In this document: in pieces, positions 1-9,709 of the stretch
Layout of the letters: every line of letters starts with the position of its first letter
How positions within the stretch are numbered: the first letter of the stretch is position 1
Assembly (NCBI GenBank): GCA_026414225.1
Contig: JAOAJK010000013.1
Span: 16,536 to 40,535, forward strand
Direction of reading: 5' to 3'
Length of the DNA stretch: 24,000 nt
Origin: Thermoplasmata archaeon
GTDB taxonomy: Archaea > Thermoplasmatota > Thermoplasmata > Lutacidiplasmatales > SKW197
The notes under the pieces: generated by a model
The model's input: only the letters and a program-made list of their open reading frames with translations
The model's database searches: none
Told to the model about the DNA's origin: nothing
Made by a program: the position numbers and the translations under genes

Positions 1-613
1 CGGTGCTCATATACATGTTTGAGTTCCATATCTGGGGAAGGCTTATGTCAAGGTTGTGGAGGACATCCAGAATGAAGGGGAGATTCGGTGTAGGGTCCCC
101 GCCTACCCAGTTCACATTGAGCGAGACCGTGTGTCTTGCCCTCACAATTGCCGCCATTTTTTCCGGTGAGAGATAAACTCCGTTTTCTGGATACTGACTT
201 ATGTCCCAGTTCTGGCAAAAAACGCATTTGAAGGTGCAGCCAGCAAAGAAAACTGTGTGGGAGGGCACAAGCATGGGTTCCTCGCCAAAGTGGAGAAATT
301 CGGAGGCAATTCTTGTGCCAAGGACTCCGCAGACACCGCGCTTTCCAGCTTTTCTGTCCGCCCTGCACCGCCGCTCGCAAAATTCGCAGGATGCAAGCAT
401 CTTCCACGCAATCTCTCTCTTCAAATCCAGAAGGCAGGATTTCCCCTTTTCCTGAAATTTTCCGCATTTCAAATTCTCGACTGCCTCACCGTGAATTTGC
501 CAGAGTTCTTCAAGAGTAAAATCTTCTTCGAAATCCAGGCGGTAATTTTTTGCTTCTAGAAATTTTGCCTTCTTTTCTCCTGAAAGAATACCCTCGTAGT
601 TCTCCAGCTGCAT
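1..613 (-). CDS. Radical SAM protein (PflA-activase-like family), partial; C-terminus lies beyond the window's left edge
   Basis: My reverse-strand translation (absent from the ORF track because it runs off the edge) reads MQLENYEGILSGEKKAKFLEAKNYRLDFEEDFTLEELWQIHGEAVENLKCGKFQEKGKSCLLDLKREIAWKMLASCEFCERRCRADRKAGKRGVCGVLGTRIASEFLHFGEEPMLVPSHTVFFAGCTFKCVFCQNWDISQYPENGVYLSPEKMAAIVRARHTVSLNVNWVGGDPTPNLPFILDVLHNLDISLPQIWNSNMYM. It has the CxxxCxxC motif (CTFKCVFC), an N-terminal CxxCxxxC cluster and GGDPTP. The start codon is uncertain. Confidence 0.85.
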   Translation of the reverse strand, partial: MQLENYEGILSGEKKAKFLEAKNYRLDFEEDFTLEELWQIHGEAVENLKCGKFQEKGKSCLLDLKREIAWKMLASCEFCERRCRADRKAGKRGVCGVLGTRIASEFLHFGEEPMLVPSHTVFFAGCTFKCVFCQNWDISQYPENGVYLSPEKMAAIVRARHTVSLNVNWVGGDPTPNLPFILDVLHNLDISLPQIWNSNMYMST

Positions 614-754
614 TTCAGCGCCAGCCCTAAATACATGGATATTTGGTTGGGTGGGATGCAATGCGCATCTAACCAAATAAACCTGCACGCTGGACGCATG
701 CATTCCATGAGGCTGGTTTCGCCATACAGCCCTTGAAATCTATAACTCAATAAG

Positions 755-766
755 GATATAAAAAGG
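755..766 (+). promoter_or_regulatory. Possible archaeal TATA element upstream of threonine synthase
   Basis: AT-rich 'ggatataaaaagg' about 55-65 nt upstream of the ATG at 820. Confidence 0.35.
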
Positions 767-819
767 TTACTGAGGACTTTTGAAATAACTGATAAATAAC
801 TGAATGCTTTTCAAGAACC

Positions 820-2019
820 ATGCAGAAGTATAAACTCGTATGTGAGAAGTGCGGCAAGGAGTATGGGGCTGAAAAAATCTACACCTGCTCCTGCTCTGGA
901 CGCCTTGAGGTGAGCATTAATATTGATGCCATTGAGGTTTCAAAGGAGGAGATAATGGGAAGACGCGGAAATGTGCTTGCAAAATACTTTGAGTTTTTGC
1001 CATTGCTGGCTACCAGTCCCAAAACGCTGGGTGAAGGATACACTCCGCTGATGAAATCCGAGCGATTGTGTGAGAAACTCGGGCTGAAAAACCTCTACCT
1101 GAAGAATGAGACGGTGAATCCGACTGGGAGTTTCAAGGACAGGCCAATTGTAGTGGGTGCAAACAAAGCTGTGGAGTTCGGTGCTGAAGTGTTGGTAAGC
1201 GCGTCCTCTGGTAATGCTGCAACCTCTCTTGCGGCATGGTGTGCCAGATTCGGGTTGAAATGCGTTACATTTGTGCCAGTTGACGCTCCGAAGTCAAAGT
1301 TGGCCCAACTCCAGATGCTCGGTGCGTTGGTTTACCGTGTCGTGCTGCACGAGAAGGGGAAGGACCCGACCGCCGAGATGCTCGCGTTCTGTGTGAGAAA
1401 GTTTGGCTGGCATCCAGTGCCGAGTTTCGGGAGTTTCAACCCTTACCAGATAGAGGGTGCGAAGACCGTAGCCTATGAAATCGCCGAGGAAATTGATGCG
1501 GATGCGGTCGTCGTGCCCGTTGGTGGTGCAGGGCTTCTGCTCGGGACACTGAAGGGTTTTAAGGAATACAGGGAATTGGGCTGGATAGAAAAGGAGCCGA
1601 TAGTTCATGCTGTGCAGTCCGAGGGCTGTGCACCCCTTGTGAGGGCGTGGAAGGAGAGAAGCGAAATCCGTGCATGGGCGAATCCGCGGACTGTGGCAGG
1701 AGGAATTGCAGACCCCTACACCTGGGATGGAAATGCGGCGTTGAAGCTGATGTACAGAAACGGGGGCACAGCGGTGGCAGTTCCTGATTCCCTCATTTTG
1801 GAGGCCCAAGAGTCACTTGCGAAGTATGCTGGCATTTTTGCGGAACCGACCGGGAGCGCATCGCTGGCGGGTATTATCGCATTGAGGGATGCTGGAGTAA
1901 TCCAATCTTCGGATAAGGTTGTTTGTCTGGTTACGGGGACAGGATTCAAGGACCTGGATATCGTTGTGACCAGAATGCCAGAGGTGCCCGTGATTGAGGT
2001 GGGGAGGGGGTGGATATAG
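820..2019 (+). CDS. thrC: Threonine synthase (PLP-dependent)
   Basis: 399 aa. N-terminal Cys-rich ribbon (CEKCGKEY...CSCSG), PLP-lysine region 'NPTGSFKDRP', 'SSGNAATSLAA', and glycine loop 'VPVGGAGLLLG'. Confidence 0.93.
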   Translation: MQKYKLVCEKCGKEYGAEKIYTCSCSGRLEVSINIDAIEVSKEEIMGRRGNVLAKYFEFLPLLATSPKTLGEGYTPLMKSERLCEKLGLKNLYLKNETVNPTGSFKDRPIVVGANKAVEFGAEVLVSASSGNAATSLAAWCARFGLKCVTFVPVDAPKSKLAQLQMLGALVYRVVLHEKGKDPTAEMLAFCVRKFGWHPVPSFGSFNPYQIEGAKTVAYEIAEEIDADAVVVPVGGAGLLLGTLKGFKEYRELGWIEKEPIVHAVQSEGCAPLVRAWKERSEIRAWANPRTVAGGIADPYTWDGNAALKLMYRNGGTAVAVPDSLILEAQESLAKYAGIFAEPTGSASLAGIIALRDAGVIQSSDKVVCLVTGTGFKDLDIVVTRMPEVPVIEVGRGWI

Positions 2020-2030
2020 GGGAATAAAAC

Positions 2031-3023
2031 TCACAGCACCCCAAGTTCCTCAGCCCTGGTGTTTCCCCGCTCCATCTCCTCCTCCCGCGCCTTCATCGCC
2101 CGTTCCACGATGCTGTTAGTACCCCTGTTCCTCTTTCCCCTGACTGGTCTCCTGTCCTCCTCTCCACCCCTTTCAACCTCTTCGACTGGCTTCGCCTTCC
2201 CGAGGATGTAGTATTCATCGTCCGAAAAGGTCCCGGGTTCCTCCTGCCTCTGGAGCTCAACATCCTTTTTCTGGATTCTCTTCTCCTTTTTTTCTGGACT
2301 TTTCCTCACGACCACTGGCTCATCCTCGATCTCCAGGGTTTTAACTGGCCTGCTCACATAGTAGGTTTCCCTCTCTGGCTTTTTCGCTTTCACATAGTAG
2401 TATTTCTCTGGCTCATACCTTGCCCTGGAGTTGAAAAACCTCCATGCATGCCCTGGCTTAGATTCGTGGCTGTGAAAATGCTGCTCCCTGGCACCTGCCT
2501 CCCTGTACCTCTGGGCTGCAATCGCCCCGCCAACATAGCCGAAAACCACGAGAATCACGAGATTTCCCGGCTCTGTTATCAGGAAGCTTCTGAAGATTGC
2601 AGAAATTATCTCAGCCCACTGGCTCACGAGGACACAGTAACTTGCAAACACGGGGTTTGCTCCCTGAATCCAGCTCCACACAGCGTTCTGGCAGGTGTGC
2701 AGCACTGTGCCCGCACCAAAAATATCCAGCACAAGAATGTAACCAACGATAAACAGGACGAGCCCGGCAATCAATCCGCAGGCCGCACCCTTCAGGGCGG
2801 TACCCGCCCGCCTTCCGCACACATAACCGGCAATCATTGTGCCAAAAATCGGGAGCCAGTAAAGCAGGATTGAGAGCACGAACGCAAGCCCGATGGCCTG
2901 GGGAACGCTGAACGGTGCATGGTCCTTGAAGGTTTTTGCTTCTCTATCATGGTGCCTTCTGGATACCGAGAATACACCTCTTCGCATCAGCTTCTTTGTG
3001 GTTTTATCTTCATAAACATGCAT
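2031..3023 (-). CDS. Integral membrane protein with a long charged cytoplasmic C-terminal region; unknown function
   Basis: Hydrophobic segments (SVPQAIGLAFVLSILLYWLPIFG, GLIAGLVLFIVGYILVLDIFG, LVILVVFGYVGGAIAA) are followed by a Lys/Glu/Arg-rich tail. The ORF track starts at 3077, but the ATG at 3023 (MHVYEDK) is preceded by AGGGGTGGG and is the better start. Confidence 0.6.
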   Translation of the reverse strand: MHVYEDKTTKKLMRRGVFSVSRRHHDREAKTFKDHAPFSVPQAIGLAFVLSILLYWLPIFGTMIAGYVCGRRAGTALKGAACGLIAGLVLFIVGYILVLDIFGAGTVLHTCQNAVWSWIQGANPVFASYCVLVSQWAEIISAIFRSFLITEPGNLVILVVFGYVGGAIAAQRYREAGAREQHFHSHESKPGHAWRFFNSRARYEPEKYYYVKAKKPERETYYVSRPVKTLEIEDEPVVVRKSPEKKEKRIQKKDVELQRQEEPGTFSDDEYYILGKAKPVEEVERGGEEDRRPVRGKRNRGTNSIVERAMKAREEEMERGNTRAEELGVL

Positions 3024-3129
3024 TTTCCCACCCCTTCTGACATTCGTCAGACAATTATAATATATAGTCATACACATATATAAATGTTTCGGCGAAATCT
3101 GGCTAATACTGGCTGAAATTTCTCTAATT

Positions 3130-4509
3130 TCAACCCCTCAAATTCCCCCTCTTCAGCGACGCAAGAATCCCGAAGAAGCAGAGCCCTGCAAAAATAAGCA
3201 GCACCGTCTTCATTGCAATAATCAGGTTCGGAATCCGGGCAGCAGTAATTTCAACCTTTCCGATAAAAATCGCAACGGCCAGCATCGTGATGGCTAAACT
3301 TGACATCTGCCCGATGATCCGCATCGTGGCAATTGTGGCTGATGCCACCCCATACTCCTTTTTCTCCACGGAACTCATTATTGCATTTGCATTCGGGGAG
3401 GAGAAAAGCCCGAGGCCCACACCAAGCATCACAAGTGCTGGCACCACCAACAGGAGTGGCGTGGAAACCTCAACGAGTGAGAGAAGGAGAAGGGCAAGGA
3501 AGGTGAGCCCCATACCGGCGGACGATATCAATCTCGGCTCGACCCTGTCAGAAAGCCGCCCTGCGACAGGGGCAACCGCGGTCATGACAATGGCCTGGGA
3601 AACAATGATGAAACCTGCGCTCTGGGGTGAGAGCCCCTTTCCATACTGCAGATAGAGGCTCATCAGAAAGCCAACGCCGGCAGTGGCTGCATAATTTATC
3701 AGTGTAGCTAAGCTGGAATACATGAACACCGTGTTCCTCCTGAAGAGACGGAGGTTCAGCAGCGGGCTCTGAGTCCTCAGCTCAAAGATTCCGAAACCAA
3801 CGATCCCAGCTATTCCAGCAGTGAGAAAGTAGATGCCATTCCCTTCAGAAAGCTCGGAAAGGCCGACGAGCAAAAAAACGAGTGAGAAACCATATATCAC
3901 AGAGCCAGGCACATCAAATTTTTCCCCTTGGGCCGGTTTTAATTCAAATTTCAGGTAGATGAGGGTGAGCACAGCCACAACAATGCCAAGCACAACATTA
4001 AAGAAAAAAATGCTTCTCCATGTGAAATGCTGGGTGAGCACCCCTCCGAGCACGGGTCCGAGCGATGCACCCAGATAAACCGCACCGGTGTTTATCCCAA
4101 GAACCTTGCCCCTTTCCTCGATGGGGAAAACGGATGAGAGGAGTGCCACACCAGTGCCAAAAACCATCGCACCGCCAAAGCCCTGGAATACCCTGAAGAT
4201 GAGAAGAACTTGTGTTGTGGGGGCAGCGGCACACAGAAAGGAGCCGGTCGTGAATATGATTATCCCCGCAACAAAAAACTTTCTTCTCCCGTAGATGTCC
4301 GCAAGTTTTCCGAGCGGCAGGAGGAATACCGCGGCTGCAAGCAGATAGATAGTGGGAATCCAGGTTAAGGTAATCGCATCCGCAGCAAAATCTTTTCCGA
4401 TTGACGGGAGTGCCAGATTTATCGAACTTGCCATGAAGGGTGTGAGGAAAGATGAAAGGGTGGTCGTGAGAAGCAGGACTTTTTTGTTTGGCTGCATCAC
4501 AGCATCCAA
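3130..4509 (-). CDS. MFS transporter, DHA2/EmrB-QacA-like drug:H+ antiporter family
   Basis: 459 aa, many TM helices, N-terminal 'LDxxxxNxALPxIxxD'-like segment (MASSINLALPSIGKDF), motif A-like 'GKLADIYGRRKFF', motif C-like 'LGPVLGGVL'. Confidence 0.88.
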   Translation of the reverse strand: MDAVMQPNKKVLLLTTTLSSFLTPFMASSINLALPSIGKDFAADAITLTWIPTIYLLAAAVFLLPLGKLADIYGRRKFFVAGIIIFTTGSFLCAAAPTTQVLLIFRVFQGFGGAMVFGTGVALLSSVFPIEERGKVLGINTGAVYLGASLGPVLGGVLTQHFTWRSIFFFNVVLGIVVAVLTLIYLKFELKPAQGEKFDVPGSVIYGFSLVFLLVGLSELSEGNGIYFLTAGIAGIVGFGIFELRTQSPLLNLRLFRRNTVFMYSSLATLINYAATAGVGFLMSLYLQYGKGLSPQSAGFIIVSQAIVMTAVAPVAGRLSDRVEPRLISSAGMGLTFLALLLLSLVEVSTPLLLVVPALVMLGVGLGLFSSPNANAIMSSVEKKEYGVASATIATMRIIGQMSSLAITMLAVAIFIGKVEITAARIPNLIIAMKTVLLIFAGLCFFGILASLKRGNLRG

Positions 4510-4537
4510 AACCGATGGTAGATTAAAGAATTTCTAA

Positions 4538-5707
4538 TCATTTCAACCGCACACCATCCTTCTTTATCTCTTCCACCTGCCAGTCCTCAAGAATGGAGGG
4601 GTTGAAAGAGCAGATTATCCTCGCATTGTACCTCTCTGCGCATCTCCGGAGTTCTCCAAACATCTCAGGAACCGATATTGTGGAATAGAAATAGTGTGCC
4701 AGCAACTCATCAAACCCCTCAATAAGCACCACCGACCTTTCCTCCTGGGAAACAAATTTTTCAATCAGGAATGTGAACATCCGCATTTTATCCTCGTCCA
4801 TGGGATTGATGTCACCGTTCTTTCCGAGAACAATCACCTTTGCCACCTTGTGGATTTCATCGGGAATTTGCGGGTCTGTAGTAACAAAGAGTCCACTTCC
4901 TACCTGCTGGACCATCTCAAGGAAATGTTTTCTTCCGTAATTTATATCGCTGCACCAGTAGTACCCCTTCTCAATTTTTTTACCATCCAGTAGTTTTACA
5001 GGAATCCAAGTAACCTGGTGATACTTGAGGAAGGCGTGGAGCATGAGCAGGCCAGTAATTGCAAAAGGGATCGTAGTCAGCGGGTAAATGTCTTCAACCC
5101 CAAGGAGCGGGGGCACATACCCGGTAATGGCAGCAAAGCATAGTGAAATTGCGAGGGCAATTCCTACAATTCTCGCCTGGCTCCTTCCAGCACTTGACTG
5201 CAGTTCAAACGAACTCTTTTCCAGTATCGCTATGGAAGCTATTGTACCTGCAATCATGTAGGTTCCCCAGACAAGCATTCCTGCCCCGAAGTCAGCTCCC
5301 CATCCCGGTTCATAAACTATCAACCCTTCAACCAGAAAGTCTGTACCTGCGGAGACAAATGCTATGACCCCGCTCACCCCGTAAAGAATCCCGAACACGA
5401 TATCTGGGACCTTCCTCTGAGTTACAGGGAATTTGCAGGCAAAATGCACGAAAGTAGCCGGTAAAAATGCACCAGCGATCGCAATAATCTTCAGTCCGAG
5501 AACGGCAATTTCCCTATCTGCGGGCGGTGGCCCAGCGATCCTCTCTATAAATTCGCCTAAACTCCAGAGAAAGAACAGAAAGGCATAAAGGAATGCTGAA
5601 TAGTGGATACTTTTCCGTAATCTGGCAAAGCATACAAGGAGGATGGCAAATATAAATACCGCTACCACTGGCGGCACTGAATACCATGTCAGCATCAATT
5701 TATCCAC
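4538..5707 (-). CDS. Multi-TM membrane protein with C-terminal DUF835-like domain (putative signal/sensor protein)
   Basis: N-terminal about 7 TM helices. The C-terminal region (GSGLFVTTDPQIPDEIHKVAKVIVLGKNGD...RSVVLIEGFDELLAHYF...RIICSFNPSILE) resembles the archaeal DUF835 fold. The GTG start at 5707 is tentative. Confidence 0.7.
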   Translation of the reverse strand: MDKLMLTWYSVPPVVAVFIFAILLVCFARLRKSIHYSAFLYAFLFFLWSLGEFIERIAGPPPADREIAVLGLKIIAIAGAFLPATFVHFACKFPVTQRKVPDIVFGILYGVSGVIAFVSAGTDFLVEGLIVYEPGWGADFGAGMLVWGTYMIAGTIASIAILEKSSFELQSSAGRSQARIVGIALAISLCFAAITGYVPPLLGVEDIYPLTTIPFAITGLLMLHAFLKYHQVTWIPVKLLDGKKIEKGYYWCSDINYGRKHFLEMVQQVGSGLFVTTDPQIPDEIHKVAKVIVLGKNGDINPMDEDKMRMFTFLIEKFVSQEERSVVLIEGFDELLAHYFYSTISVPEMFGELRRCAERYNARIICSFNPSILEDWQVEEIKKDGVRLK

Positions 5708-5784
5708 ACCCTTTTAGACCTGCCTCTACTCTGCAGCACTTCCTATATTGCATCCGGATATTTGTTAGTTTCCTTTCTCCACCA

Positions 5785-7470
5785 TTACAGCACCAGCGGG
5801 AGCAACAGGAATGAGAATAGCAGTCCCAGTCCCGTCACGACCGCCGCAAAGGCAATATAGAGATAGGAGGTATAAATCTTTCTGCTTTCTCCACCATCCA
5901 AAGGATACATTCTGTAGAGCTCGAGATAGGGGATTATTCTCCGGCGATACCATCCCTCGACAACAACTGTTTTACCAACATGTTTCTCAGTGCCGAAGAT
6001 TCCCACGAAGAAGTCAATCAACTTTGAAATCTGGTGATAGTCAATCAGCAAGAGACCGGTTCCATCGTCAATCTTCAGATCTTCGGAATAGAACAAGCCC
6101 GGGATTCCACGCCCTATGATTCTCCCCTGCAGCCGGACCGGGATACCCTTTATCGGCGACGCCTTCGGATTTTCCAGCAGAGTCACCACTTCACTGTCCT
6201 TAAATCTAAACGGATACGCATAGCCGAGAAGGTAAACGAGACCCCAGGCACCTGTGACCACCATGAAAAATGCACAGCTGAACAGGAATGTCCAGGCAAA
6301 TTTCTGCTCCGTAAAACCATGGGTCCAGCCATACCACATCAGCAGAATCCCGGTTACGAATCCGAGGATTAAACCTCCGTATTTCGCAAATATGTCCTTC
6401 AGAAAGTCGTCCCAGTAGCACTCTGGCTTTTTCAGTTTAAACTGCACAAGGGGTTTCTGCCCCATTTTTTCCGCGATTTCTCCGAGTTTTTTAAGCCGTT
6501 TTGCAGGCAGTGGATGGGTTGACTGAATCTCCAGCCACCATGCCCACGGATTCCAGAGGTCCCATGCCATTGCCTTCTGTATCGTTTCAACCGAGTAATT
6601 TCCATACGCATCTGCACTCATTGCTGCAAGGGCTCGTGCACTATCTGCATTGAAAATTCCCAGGGAAGAAACATGTTTCAGGTGTCCTTTCTCAGAAGCC
6701 TCTCCGAGCCCCTGGGTTGCCATGCCATACGCAATTTTTAGAAGGGCTGAGGCGAGGGCGTTGGGTTTTCTGGTGCTTTCCGCAGCATACTCATCCGCAT
6801 AGTACTCCCTGTACCTGCTTATAAGGAGCGCAACAAACTGGGAGAGAATGTAAATCAGGTAAGAAAAGGCTGCGGTGATGAGAAAAACAAGCGCGGCCTG
6901 TCCCCCGCTCTTTTTCCCCTTTGGCATATACCTCAATACCTGGATGGACACCCTCGCGATTATGTAGAAAATCAGGGGAATTGCAGAGACAATTGTCATC
7001 AAAACAAAATCATCATGGACTATGTGCCCCATTTCATGGGCAATAACCGCCTTGGCTTCATCCGTGTCACAGTATTCCAGAACCCCTCTCGTAATGGCAA
7101 CCCTGGCATGGTTCTTTGTCCAGCCAAATGTAAACGCATTCGGGTTCAGGTCATCGATGATTCCCACTCTCGGAAGGTTTATTCTCTCCTTCGCACACAC
7201 ATCTGTGATGTAGGTGGCAATCGCGGGTGGAAGTGCCTCAAGTGAGACCCACTCAATCTTGTAAATCCAGGAGAGGATGAATGGTGAAATTGCCCACTGG
7301 AGAAAGACCACGAAGATTGCAAAGCATAGCGGGATAATCAGCAGCCAGATACCCTGGATAAGCCCAAAGTATTCCAGAACAGCAATGAACCCCATTCCCA
7401 CAGCAAACACGAGCCCGAAGAGGAGGGCAAGTGCTATTGCCATTCTCGTCTTCAGCCCCATCTCCATCAC
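5785..7470 (-). CDS. M48-family membrane metalloprotease (HtpX-like) with a C-terminal membrane-anchored OB/GIDE-like extension
   Basis: HExxH in 'VIAHEMGHIVHDD', downstream glutamate 'EYYADEYAA', N-terminal TM pair. There is an additional C-terminal module (GIPVRLQGRIIGRGIPGLFYSEDLKIDDGTGLLLIDY...GKTVVVEGWYRRRIIPYLELYRM) followed by a TM helix. Actual start may be the ATG at 7467. Confidence 0.85.
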   Translation of the reverse strand: MMEMGLKTRMAIALALLFGLVFAVGMGFIAVLEYFGLIQGIWLLIIPLCFAIFVVFLQWAISPFILSWIYKIEWVSLEALPPAIATYITDVCAKERINLPRVGIIDDLNPNAFTFGWTKNHARVAITRGVLEYCDTDEAKAVIAHEMGHIVHDDFVLMTIVSAIPLIFYIIARVSIQVLRYMPKGKKSGGQAALVFLITAAFSYLIYILSQFVALLISRYREYYADEYAAESTRKPNALASALLKIAYGMATQGLGEASEKGHLKHVSSLGIFNADSARALAAMSADAYGNYSVETIQKAMAWDLWNPWAWWLEIQSTHPLPAKRLKKLGEIAEKMGQKPLVQFKLKKPECYWDDFLKDIFAKYGGLILGFVTGILLMWYGWTHGFTEQKFAWTFLFSCAFFMVVTGAWGLVYLLGYAYPFRFKDSEVVTLLENPKASPIKGIPVRLQGRIIGRGIPGLFYSEDLKIDDGTGLLLIDYHQISKLIDFFVGIFGTEKHVGKTVVVEGWYRRRIIPYLELYRMYPLDGGESRKIYTSYLYIAFAAVVTGLGLLFSFLLLPLVL

Positions 7471-7479
7471 CGGATTTTA

Positions 7480-8910
7480 TTAATCGATCGTTTTATTTAA
7501 ACCTTTCCTGATGACTTCTGGCAGCTGGTCAATTATGTCGGTGGGGAGGAGGGAATACCCGTATTTTTCAAAGGCAGCATCCCCGGTTAGCCCTGAAATG
7601 AACGCACCGAGCCGCGCTGCCTGGTAAGGAGTGCAACCTTTCGCAATCAGGGCAGCACAGATTCCTGCCAGCACATCGCCAGTCCCCCCGACGGTCATGC
7701 CAGGGTTTCCAGTTCTGTTTATTTTTGCACGGACTCCATCCGAAATCAGGTCCACCGCTCCCTTGAGAAGAACCGTACAACCGAGATTTTTCGCCGCCTC
7801 CTTCACAATTTCAACCCGCTCCTCCAAATTCTCCGGAACTTTTCTTCCAGTGAGCTCAAAGAATTCTCCAGCATGCGGAGTAACCAAGGCATTAGATTTA
7901 GGTCTCACATCCCTGAGAAGAGATATCGCATCCGCATCCACAACAATCGGCTTTTCAGCAGCCGAGATAAATTCCCTGCATGTCTCCATTATTTTCCCTG
8001 CCTTACCAAGCCCGGGCCCTACAACAACCACATCAAATTTTTTGTGAAGGTTGAGCAAAAACTCTATCCTCCTTTCAGCATCCTCAGGCATCTGGTGCAC
8101 TATGAATAGGGGTGAGTAGTTCCTGAGAATCTCATAAGCTTCTGGCTGTGTAGCCACATGCACAAGGTCAACTCCTGTTCTATATGCTGCCATTGCCACG
8201 AAATACGGTGCGCCTGTATAGGGGCCTCCACCCACAACCAGTACGCGGCCATTATCGCCCTTACGGGAATTATTATCTGGCACCTTGTAAAGCACAAATT
8301 CGCCGAAATTGGTTTCTGTTTCTGCCTCTGGAGGGATTCCGATTGGCATCACAACAACTTCTCCAGAATTCGCCGGGTTCATCCCTTCCTTCATATCATG
8401 GAAGGTTACCGTTAGTGTTGGTTTCACGGCCATCTCGTATGGAAAGCCACTTGGCACATCTACGGACACCACGGGCTTGCCTGCTTCGTTAATCTTCTCA
8501 ATCACCGCTGCATACTTCCCCTCGGGCATCCTGGTCAACCCTGTACCAAAGATCGCATCCACGACAATTTCCGTTCTTTTCAGCATACCATCTATCTTGT
8601 CCCACATCTCCACATTGCAGTTCTTTCTGCAGTTTCTGAACTGCTTTTTTGCAATCTCTGTTTTTATCCTTTCAGGTCTCTCCATGAGACAGACGGTCAC
8701 ATCGTGGGTTTTTCCAAGCAATCCCGCCATTGCAAATCCGTCGCCTCCGTTATTGCCAGTACCGCAAACAACCAGGATTTTTCTTACATCGAACCGCTGC
8801 TGGATAACCTCGGCGACAGCTCTACCTGCATTTACCATCAACCTTTCCCTGCTGACTCCTAGACACTCCGAATTGATATCTAAAACACGGAATTCAATCA
8901 AAGGAAGCAT
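7480..8910 (-). CDS. nnr: Bifunctional NAD(P)H-hydrate epimerase / ADP-dependent NAD(P)H-hydrate dehydratase
   Basis: 476 aa. Epimerase half has 'VVCGTGNNGGDGFAMAGLL' and 'VVDAIFGTGL'; dehydratase half has 'VVVGPGLGK', 'ALVTPHAGEF' and 'GNPGMTVGGTGDVLAG'. Confidence 0.93.
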   Translation of the reverse strand: MLPLIEFRVLDINSECLGVSRERLMVNAGRAVAEVIQQRFDVRKILVVCGTGNNGGDGFAMAGLLGKTHDVTVCLMERPERIKTEIAKKQFRNCRKNCNVEMWDKIDGMLKRTEIVVDAIFGTGLTRMPEGKYAAVIEKINEAGKPVVSVDVPSGFPYEMAVKPTLTVTFHDMKEGMNPANSGEVVVMPIGIPPEAETETNFGEFVLYKVPDNNSRKGDNGRVLVVGGGPYTGAPYFVAMAAYRTGVDLVHVATQPEAYEILRNYSPLFIVHQMPEDAERRIEFLLNLHKKFDVVVVGPGLGKAGKIMETCREFISAAEKPIVVDADAISLLRDVRPKSNALVTPHAGEFFELTGRKVPENLEERVEIVKEAAKNLGCTVLLKGAVDLISDGVRAKINRTGNPGMTVGGTGDVLAGICAALIAKGCTPYQAARLGAFISGLTGDAAFEKYGYSLLPTDIIDQLPEVIRKGLNKTID

Positions 8911-8923
8911 GATAGTAAAAGGT

Positions 8924-9283
8924 TTAAGGTGCTTTTACTGCGTCCGCTGCCTTCTGCATTTCCGAAAGCACCATGTTCGTATCCTTCGCACTGTCCACAA
9001 CGCAAATCAATAGCGCCTTCTTCCCGGCACCCAGAATTATGGTCCTGGTGTCGGAACTCTCAATCACTATCCTCTCCGGTGTTGCCCTCTTCAGCTCAGA
9101 TGTAGCAGTTATGCTCGCTCCCAGAATTGTGGCGCACATTATTGCGAAGGTTTCCGTGTATACCCCTGGCGGCATCTCTGCAGCAATAACAAGACCGTCC
9201 CTGCTCACCACCGCCACTGCAATTGCCCCAGTGCTTATTTTCAGATTCTTCACAACTTCATTCATATTCACTGGCATTTTCAT
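8924..9283 (-). CDS. Roadblock/LC7 domain protein
   Basis: 119 aa. 'TGAIAVAVVSRDGLVIAAEMPPGVYTETFAIMCATILGASITATSEL...ERIVIESSDTRTIILGAGKKALLICVV' matches the roadblock/LC7 pattern. Confidence 0.85.
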   Translation of the reverse strand: MKMPVNMNEVVKNLKISTGAIAVAVVSRDGLVIAAEMPPGVYTETFAIMCATILGASITATSELKRATPERIVIESSDTRTIILGAGKKALLICVVDSAKDTNMVLSEMQKAADAVKAP

Positions 9284-9289
9284 TCCTCC

Positions 9290-9709
9290 CTATATCGCCT
9301 CAATCTTAAACACGCATTTATCTTTCCCTGTGCTTTCACATTCGACCTCGACACAATGGACCTTTGTGTTGTAATATACTTCATAGACCTGTCTTATCAG
9401 TCCCCTGAGTCTATGACATGTAGGTATCTCCGAAGGTGTGATTTCTATAGATCCCTTCACAACGACCTCGTGCTCCTTGAAAGAAATCTCATCCGCCCAG
9501 CCCCTGTTCTTTATCAGCATCTCCACAATCTTGAAGTAGTTTCCCTTGTCCTTCATTGCTTCATTTGCAATTTCTGCGCCGAATATTGAACCCTCTCTGA
9601 AGAATAGCCCATGACAGGCATGGGACATCACGCCTTCGTAAAGTTCCTTGATTTTCACCAGTTCCGCCTGTGATATCCTGACGAACTTCATGCTACCATG
9701 AAATCGCAA
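9290..9709 (-). CDS. V4R (4-vinyl reductase / TRAPP-Bet3-like) domain protein
   Basis: 139 aa. 'LYEGVMSHACHGLFFREGSIFGAEIA...HRLRGLIRQVYEVYYNTKVHCVEVECESTGKDKCVFKIEAI' is a V4R-like ending. An alternative start is at the internal Met (MKFVRIS). Confidence 0.75.
   Translation of the reverse strand: MRFHGSMKFVRISQAELVKIKELYEGVMSHACHGLFFREGSIFGAEIANEAMKDKGNYFKIVEMLIKNRGWADEISFKEHEVVVKGSIEITPSEIPTCHRLRGLIRQVYEVYYNTKVHCVEVECESTGKDKCVFKIEAI

Noticed and set aside
48-467. 139-aa and 70-aa minus-strand ORFs at the left edge
   Set aside because: Other frames of the same strand. The true coding frame is the edge-truncated radical SAM protein, missing from the ORF track.
556-750. 64-aa minus-strand ORF upstream of the radical SAM gene
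   Set aside because: Mostly overlaps the 5' part of, or the region before, the real radical SAM frame and has no homology signal by eye.
8309-9013. 234-aa plus-strand ORF antisense to nnr
   Set aside because: The antisense nnr frame has complete epimerase/dehydratase motifs; this frame does not.
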